Below are positions 59,663-64,000 of a stretch of DNA of 64,000 nt, in pieces. The notes under the pieces were generated by a model. It did not search any database. It had not been told where the DNA came from and saw only the letters and a list, made by a program, of their open reading frames with translations. The position numbers were made by a program, and so were the translations under genes. Each line of letters opens with the position of its first letter. Position 1 is the stretch's first letter. The stretch is taken from the sequence record NC_042116.1. The stretch is one strand, 5' to 3'.

Positions 59663-59887
59663 ATGGATAATCAACATAAAAAGATTAAAGGGTATCGTGA
59701 CCTTTCTCAAAAAGAAATCGATGCAATGAATGAAATTAAACAACTAGCAGCTACTGTTGAAGAGTTAATTGAAAAACTTGAAGGAACTGACTCTATTGAT
59801 AAACGCTGGCTTGCTATTGCAAAAACAGATTTACAAAAAGGGTTCATGTCAGCAGTGCGAAGCGTGGCTAAACCAGATTCCTTTTGA
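59663..59887 (+). CDS. acb2: anti-CBASS cyclic-nucleotide sponge Acb2 (T4 Vs.4-like)
   Basis: [22 protein letters not shown]...[13 protein letters not shown]...R.VA.PDSF closely matches Acb2 as recalled. Confidence 0.9.
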   Translation: MDNQHKKIKGYRDLSQKEIDAMNEIKQLAATVEELIEKLEGTDSIDKRWLAIAKTDLQKGFMSAVRSVAKPDSF

Positions 59888-60276
59888 GGAAAATAATGCA
59901 TCCAATTGATAACCATGCTGATATAATTGATGATGTTATAACTGAAATACTTGAAATTTATACGTGTAAAGTTGAAGTTTATAATTATGGTAATTTGTTT
60001 TCACAGCACGGCTATAGTACTAAACATAATATAAATTATCATATAAATGCAAAGTACTATAATAATAATTCAAAAAATGGTAGACGAGCTAATAGTCTTG
60101 TGATAGAATTTAAATTCACTAACAGAGTTCCTAAAGGACTAAAAGATTATTATAGATTATCAATACCTGAAATACAAAGTATTACAGAAGAACGACATTT
60201 TCAATTAATGTTAGTTACTGATGATATGTACTTGGATTATGAAGTTATAAATAAATTACGTACACATATTATGTAA
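59884..60276 (+). CDS. hypothetical protein ('EExxFQ' family)
   Basis: '[10 protein letters not shown]'. Confidence 0.6.
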   Translation: MRKIMHPIDNHADIIDDVITEILEIYTCKVEVYNYGNLFSQHGYSTKHNINYHINAKYYNNNSKNGRRANSLVIEFKFTNRVPKGLKDYYRLSIPEIQSITEERHFQLMLVTDDMYLDYEVINKLRTHIM

Positions 60277-60285
60277 AAAAGTTTT

Positions 60286-60339
60286 TAGAATCTAACAGCA
60301 ATCAAAACTCATTGGATATATGAAAAAAAATAGATTCTA
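60286..60339 (+). ncRNA. minimal module + Ile-like loop (near-duplicate of 61155)
   Basis: TAGAATCTA-ACAGCA...TCAT-TGGATAT-ATGA...TAGATTCTA. Confidence 0.65.
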
Positions 60340-60344
60340 GTATT

Positions 60345-60416
60345 TGGGAATTATCTCAGCGGTAGAGAGCACAACTGATAATTGTGAGGTCACTGGTTCA
60401 AATCCAGTATTCCCAA
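60345..60416 (+). tRNA. tRNA-Ile(GAU)
   Basis: TGGGAAT/ATTCCCA, CACAA-CTGATAA-TTGTG. Confidence 0.9.
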
Positions 60417-60515
60417 CTAAGTAGTTCAGTACTGAAATATGTACAGTGAAATTATTCAACACTATAGGTAGAACTTTGAATGAATCAGTAAGCCTATAAG
60501 TAACTATATTAAATT

Positions 60516-60646
60516 TGGAATTCAACAGCAATCTTCACTTACTAAAAACAGCTACCTCACGGTTTGTAGGTTCGAGTCCTACCTTGTACTTTCGAGTACA
60601 TGTGGTGAAATCGGTAAACACGGCTGTCAAAAAGAAATGAATTCCA
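60516..60646 (+). ncRNA. circularly permuted Leu-type tRNA within ACAGCA module
   Basis: TGGAATTCA/TGAATTCCA; 3' half (ACAGC, long variable arm, GTAGG-TTCGAGT-CCTAC, CTTGTAC), T-TTCG-A cap, then 5' half (GTACATG, TGGTGAAATCGGTAAACAC, GCTGT). Confidence 0.8.
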
Positions 60647-60699
60647 GTATTAATTAAGACATAAATATTCTTATACATTATTTTTGTAGGAATATAGAT

Positions 60700-60912
60700 A
60701 TGGAAATGAAAAAGTTGATGGAAGAGATATCTTCCATAATGGAAGGACAATTACCATGATATTATTATCACGGTAGCTCTAGACCAATATCAAATTTCAG
60801 TGATGAGTTTGTGGGAGAACGTTTTATAATAGTATATAATCCAGCAAGCATAAAAGTTATAAACACTTTCAATCCAGAAGAAGCTAAGCAGAAACTACTT
60901 GGAAGTGATTAA
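60700..60912 (+). pseudogene. remnant ORF with in-frame TGA (60757-60759), YHGS motif
   Basis: MEMKKLMEEISSIMEGQLP*YYYHGSSRPISNFSDEFVG...; AGGA RBS. Confidence 0.4.
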
Positions 60913-60918
60913 AAAATT

Positions 60919-61038
60919 TGGAATTCAACAGCAAATCATTCAAAACACGTAGCATGTCGTAGGTTCAAGTCCTACCAGTACTTAATTGTACTGTAGCTCA
61001 GTCGGGAGAGCAGCCACCTTAAAAAGAAATGAATTCCA
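60919..61038 (+). ncRNA. circularly permuted tRNA within ACAGCA module
   Basis: TGGAATTCA/TGAATTCCA; GTAGC-ATGTC-GTAGG-TTCAAGT-CCTAC-CAGTAC-ttaatt-GTACTG-TAGCTCAGTCGGGAGAGC-A-GCCAC. Confidence 0.8.
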
Positions 61039-61154
61039 GCCTAATTAAATTCACCAGGCGTACTATGGTGTGACAAGATAGCATGTTATCACGTCAGAAT
61101 AGAATACGTATTAGTCCCTTGAAAGGACTTCTGTAAACTCAATTTATAATATTT

Positions 61155-61208
61155 TAGAATCTAACAGCAATCAAAAATCATTGGATATATGAAAAAAGAT
61201 AGATTCTA
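61155..61208 (+). ncRNA. minimal module + Ile-like loop
   Basis: near-identical to 60286-60339. Confidence 0.65.
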
Positions 61209-61232
61209 GCTTTAATTGAATAAAACTAAATT

Positions 61233-61294
61233 TGGAATCCAGCAGCAACCATAAATGAAATCAACTGTTAATTGAAAAATCAAAATGGATTCCA
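61233..61294 (+). ncRNA. minimal module + Asn(GUU) anticodon stem-loop
   Basis: TGGAATCCA-GCAGCA...TCAA-CTGTTAA-TTGA...TGGATTCCA. Confidence 0.7.
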
Positions 61295-61314
61295 GTATTT
61301 TTAATATACATTGA

Positions 61315-61821
61315 ATGGACTCAATGAAAAAAGATATAGATAATAGTAAAGTTATTTCTATGATAGAACAAGGTCGTTCTGTTAGAGATATAGCTAAAGA
61401 GTGTAATGTCGCTTATTCAACAATGAACAAGTATTTCAAAAATAATAATTTGAAATCACAATATATGATCCAATTAGAATCACCTATATGTTTTAAACAT
61501 AATGTTGAGTTTACTAAACGTAATAATTCTAATAAGAGAATATGTTGGAAATGCAATGCTGAAAATGTGTCGAAACATAGAAAAAAATTGAAAATAAAAT
61601 CAGTAGAATATCTTGGTGGTAAATGTGAACGTTGTGGATATAATAAATCAATGTCAGCATTAGAGTTTCATCATAAAGATCCTAGTGAGAAAGATTTTGA
61701 AATTTCAGCGAAAGGTATTACACGTTCTTGGCAAAAGATACAAATTGAGCTTGATAAATGTATGTTGTTATGTTCAAATTGTCATCGTGAAATTCATGAT
61801 GAACTTAATTTAGAAAATTAA
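61315..61821 (+). CDS. HNH homing endonuclease with N-terminal HTH
   Basis: 'YLGGKCERCG..ALEFHH.DP..K...LDKCMLLCSNCHREIH'; paralog of 22862. Confidence 0.85.
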   Translation: MDSMKKDIDNSKVISMIEQGRSVRDIAKECNVAYSTMNKYFKNNNLKSQYMIQLESPICFKHNVEFTKRNNSNKRICWKCNAENVSKHRKKLKIKSVEYLGGKCERCGYNKSMSALEFHHKDPSEKDFEISAKGITRSWQKIQIELDKCMLLCSNCHREIHDELNLEN

Positions 61822-61882
61822 GAAAAAAGTTGAAACGCCACAAGAAATTGTGGTATAATATAAGTAAGAAAAACAAATAGTT

Positions 61883-61956
61883 GGTCACATAGCACAATTG
61901 GTTAGTGCGTTCGCCTGTTAAGTGAGAGGTTATAGGTTCAAGTCCTATTGTGACCG
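61883..61956 (+). tRNA. tRNA-Asn(GUU)
   Basis: GGTCACA/TGTGACC, loop CTGTTAA. Confidence 0.9.
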
Positions 61957-62004
61957 CAAAGTAATGTTTGGGCGGTTTAATAATACATAAATCCAAACAT
62001 TATA

Positions 62005-62047
62005 AAGAATCTTTCAGCATTAACACGGTGAAAATATATAGATTCTT
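62005..62047 (+). ncRNA. shortest module variant
   Basis: AAGAATCT-ttCAGCA...GGTGAAAA...AGATTCTT. Confidence 0.5.
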
Positions 62048-62051
62048 GATT

Positions 62052-62124
62052 AGGCTCATGGTGTAATTGGTTAACACACGAGATTTTGATTCTCGCGTTC
62101 AGGGTTCGAGTCCTTGTGGGCCTG
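62052..62124 (+). tRNA. tRNA-Gln(UUG)
   Basis: AGGCTCA/TGGGCCT, CGAGA-TTTTGAT-TCTCG. Confidence 0.9.
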
Positions 62125-62143
62125 CTAATTTAAAAGGTTAATT

Positions 62144-62374
62144 ATGTTCGAAGATGATGAAGTACAATTAGTACCATTTTTAGTACAGGGTAAATTGAGA
62201 AAATCTGAATATATGGTTGATGAACCAACATATCGTGATATTCAAAATCTGGTAATGGCTTCCTCTGAAGAAGAAGCTGAAGATAAGTTTATTAAACATT
62301 ATGAAAGTAAATCAAGTTCATATGATGTTGATTATTCAGTTGTCAATGTAGTAGTTAACAAAACCCTAATTTAA
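62144..62374 (+). CDS. hypothetical protein
   Basis: 76 aa, AAGGT RBS. Confidence 0.7.
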   Translation: MFEDDEVQLVPFLVQGKLRKSEYMVDEPTYRDIQNLVMASSEEEAEDKFIKHYESKSSSYDVDYSVVNVVVNKTLI

Positions 62375-62515
62375 AGTTTTCATTTCCTTGGTGAAAACAA
62401 GCTTGTATGATTCCCCCAGCTTGTAAAATTATATGACGGGAACCGCGTTGCACCTGTACAGGTCAGATTGTAAAGATCAAGTATGTACAGTACTGAGAGC
62501 GGCAGTACGAAAAAT

Positions 62516-62597
62516 GCGGGATTAGCTCAGTGGTAGAGCACTTGCCTTCCAAGCAAGAGGCGAATAGGTTCCATCGGTTCGAATCCGATATTCCGCT
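62516..62597 (+). tRNA. tRNA-Gly(UCC) with enlarged variable region
   Basis: GCGGGAT/ATTCCGC, CTTGC-CTTCCAA-GCAAG, 15-nt variable region. Confidence 0.75.
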
Positions 62598-62716
62598 CAA
62601 ATTAAACAAACAATAAGGTAAATCCTATGATGCTATAGAAAAACAGTACTGGTCCTCCTGATAACTTTAATTCAGAACAAAACACTAAATTAAATATTAT
62701 CCAAAAGGAACATACC

Positions 62717-63043
62717 ATGTTAAACAAAGAACAATATATTACTGTAAAAAATACTTGGAAATTAGAAAAAGAGCATAACATTTTCGACCATGTGGTTTAT
62801 AATGTTATTCGTGGCCTACCATCAGATAATGGGTTTGCACCAATTACTGATAAAGGAAAACTTCAAGCAAATAATAACGACCCGTATAATATGTACAACT
62901 ATGCAGTTCTTGAATTGCATTATGAGTTGAATGAAAAACGATACAATTATGAAAAAACAGTACAACATTATTCTAAACTATTTGGCATTGAATTTACACC
63001 TGAACTTATCGAAGTAGTACTTACTTTGATTAAAGTTAAATAA
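62717..63043 (+). CDS. hypothetical protein
   Basis: 108 aa, AAGGA RBS. Confidence 0.7.
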   Translation: MLNKEQYITVKNTWKLEKEHNIFDHVVYNVIRGLPSDNGFAPITDKGKLQANNNDPYNMYNYAVLELHYELNEKRYNYEKTVQHYSKLFGIEFTPELIEVVLTLIKVK

Positions 63044-63051
63044 CAGAATTA

Positions 63052-63115
63052 AAGAATCCAACAGCACCCATAAATGAAATCAACTGTTAATTGAAAAATT
63101 CAAAAATGGATTCTT
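63052..63115 (+). ncRNA. minimal module + Asn(GUU) anticodon stem-loop (near-duplicate of 61233)
   Basis: AAGAATCCA-ACAGCA...TCAA-CTGTTAA-TTGA...TGGATTCTT. Confidence 0.7.
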
Positions 63116-63223
63116 GTTTTTATTTGGAAGTCTCATGAAAGATAATTTTTATGAAGATTTAAGATTTAGATATATTGAAGTACATGAATTTGACGTTATA
63201 GCACTGAACGTGCTATAATAGCT

Positions 63224-63297
63224 GGAGCCGTAGTTCAGTTGGTTAGAACGCTTGCCTGTCACGCAAGAGGCCGTGGGTTCAAGTCCCATCGGTTCCG
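63224..63297 (+). tRNA. tRNA-Asp(GUC)
   Basis: GGAGCCG/CGGTTCC, CTTGC-CTGTCAC-GCAAG. Confidence 0.92.
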
Positions 63298-63314
63298 CAA
63301 AAATAAGGAAAGAT

Positions 63315-63575
63315 ATGAATAAGAAAGCTAAAAAACGTATTTTTAATACTGTGATAGAAACATCATCAGAACATTGTAAGTACAATTACTGGTATCATAA
63401 TCTTCTTAGAAAAACAATTTTACTTATGTCTAGAGGAAAGTACCGTAGAACTGAAAAGGATATTGTACAACTACTTACTAGAAATCATGGTAAAGAAAGA
63501 TATAATCCTACACCAGAAGAACACTCTGAATGGGTTCGATTAGAACAAAGTGTTGGTTTGATGTGTGGTAAATAA
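63315..63575 (+). CDS. hypothetical basic protein
   Basis: AAGGA RBS, ATG 63315 (track start 63252 lies inside tRNA-Asp). Confidence 0.6.
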   Translation: MNKKAKKRIFNTVIETSSEHCKYNYWYHNLLRKTILLMSRGKYRRTEKDIVQLLTRNHGKERYNPTPEEHSEWVRLEQSVGLMCGK

Positions 63576-64000
63576 ATTGGTAATAAAGAGTGTAAGGGTT
63601 AGTACTTGGTATCATATTCCCCCTCTACCTTCTTCCCCCATTATTTGGGTTCTAGTCGTAGACACAATGTAGTACTTTATTACCCGCGAATTAATATTTT
63701 ATTGTGGGGTGGTAAGAGTAAGATACCGATTCAAACAAGGGTCAGAAAGATCCACTTAACCCGTTTTGAAACAATAAAATATCCCGAAAGGGTGACGATG
63801 TGAATAGTGCATATCCTTGTAGTATGGGACAGTACTACATTTTTATAAATAAATTGGAATAGAGCATGAGACTGCCCTCACTATTCGACGCTTTAAGTAG
63901 CTTGCAGACGTTTACTGTACGTAATAAATATGATAGTAGGTTGCAATTCATATTGTTGTACTGTATCATGCAACCACTTTGGATAAAGGTCAAGAAACTA

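Noticed and set aside
57623-63115. Repeated GGAATC..ACAGCA elements as a CRISPR array
   Set aside because: Copies are irregularly spaced, vary in sequence and length, are closed by inverted rather than direct repeats, and no cas gene is present.
767-63385. Minus-strand ORFs in the track (e.g. 767-1021, 1759-2109, 7350-7712, 55026-55442, 63149-63385)
   Set aside because: They shadow plus-strand genes or tRNAs, lack RBSs and have atypical composition.
30868-63803. Plus-strand ORFs running through RNA genes (30868-31206, 50761-51012, 58465-58656, 63606-63803; upstream extensions of 36715 and 63252)
   Set aside because: They overlap tRNA or structured RNA loci, mostly use TTG starts without an RBS, and have no protein motifs.
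1-64000. Genome-wide TAG reassignment (genetic code 15)
   Set aside because: Nearly all genes, including 400-630-aa ones, are intact under code 11; I found only two in-frame TAGs.

Overview
A 64-kb, AT-rich, almost entirely plus-strand segment of a large lytic phage. It is most like the enterobacterial jumbo myoviruses (GAP32/PBECO4/121Q-like group; inferred from gene content, not from a search). No structural or replication core genes are recognised. It is an accessory, host-takeover and tRNA region: about 115 tightly packed short CDSs driven by sigma70-like promoters (TTGACA-N17-TATAAT, often with TG) and a few T4-type late boxes (TATAAATA). Recognisable proteins are TelA, a DEDD exonuclease, a NADAR (T4 gp30.3-like) protein, NadR and PnuC, two ATP-grasp proteins, an AAA ATPase, a 5'(3')-deoxyribonucleotidase, two Pth2-like proteins, an HD protein, five HNH endonucleases each beside a tRNA-type gene, two cyclic-phosphate-processing receiver-like proteins, a YadA-anchor adhesin-like protein, a kinase-like protein and Acb2 (anti-CBASS). 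About 16 tRNA genes can be folded. Four things stand out. (1) A dispersed family of about 16 non-coding elements shares a closing helix plus an ACAGCA/GCAGCA motif, and most carry a tRNA anticodon-type loop. They occur as tRNAs interrupted in the anticodon arm, as circularly permuted tRNAs with a capped acceptor stem, and as minimal anticodon stem-loops. (2) An amber (CUA) suppressor tRNA co-occurs with two adjacent genes that each contain one in-frame TAG, and I saw no gene that ends in TAG. (3) A ~240-nt RNA mimics the 23S rRNA L11-binding/GTPase-associated centre. (4) A ~400-490-nt promoter- and terminator-bounded RNA is closed by a perfect 16-bp helix. The palindrome AGTACT is also strongly over-represented. 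All calls are by eye; no database searches were run.
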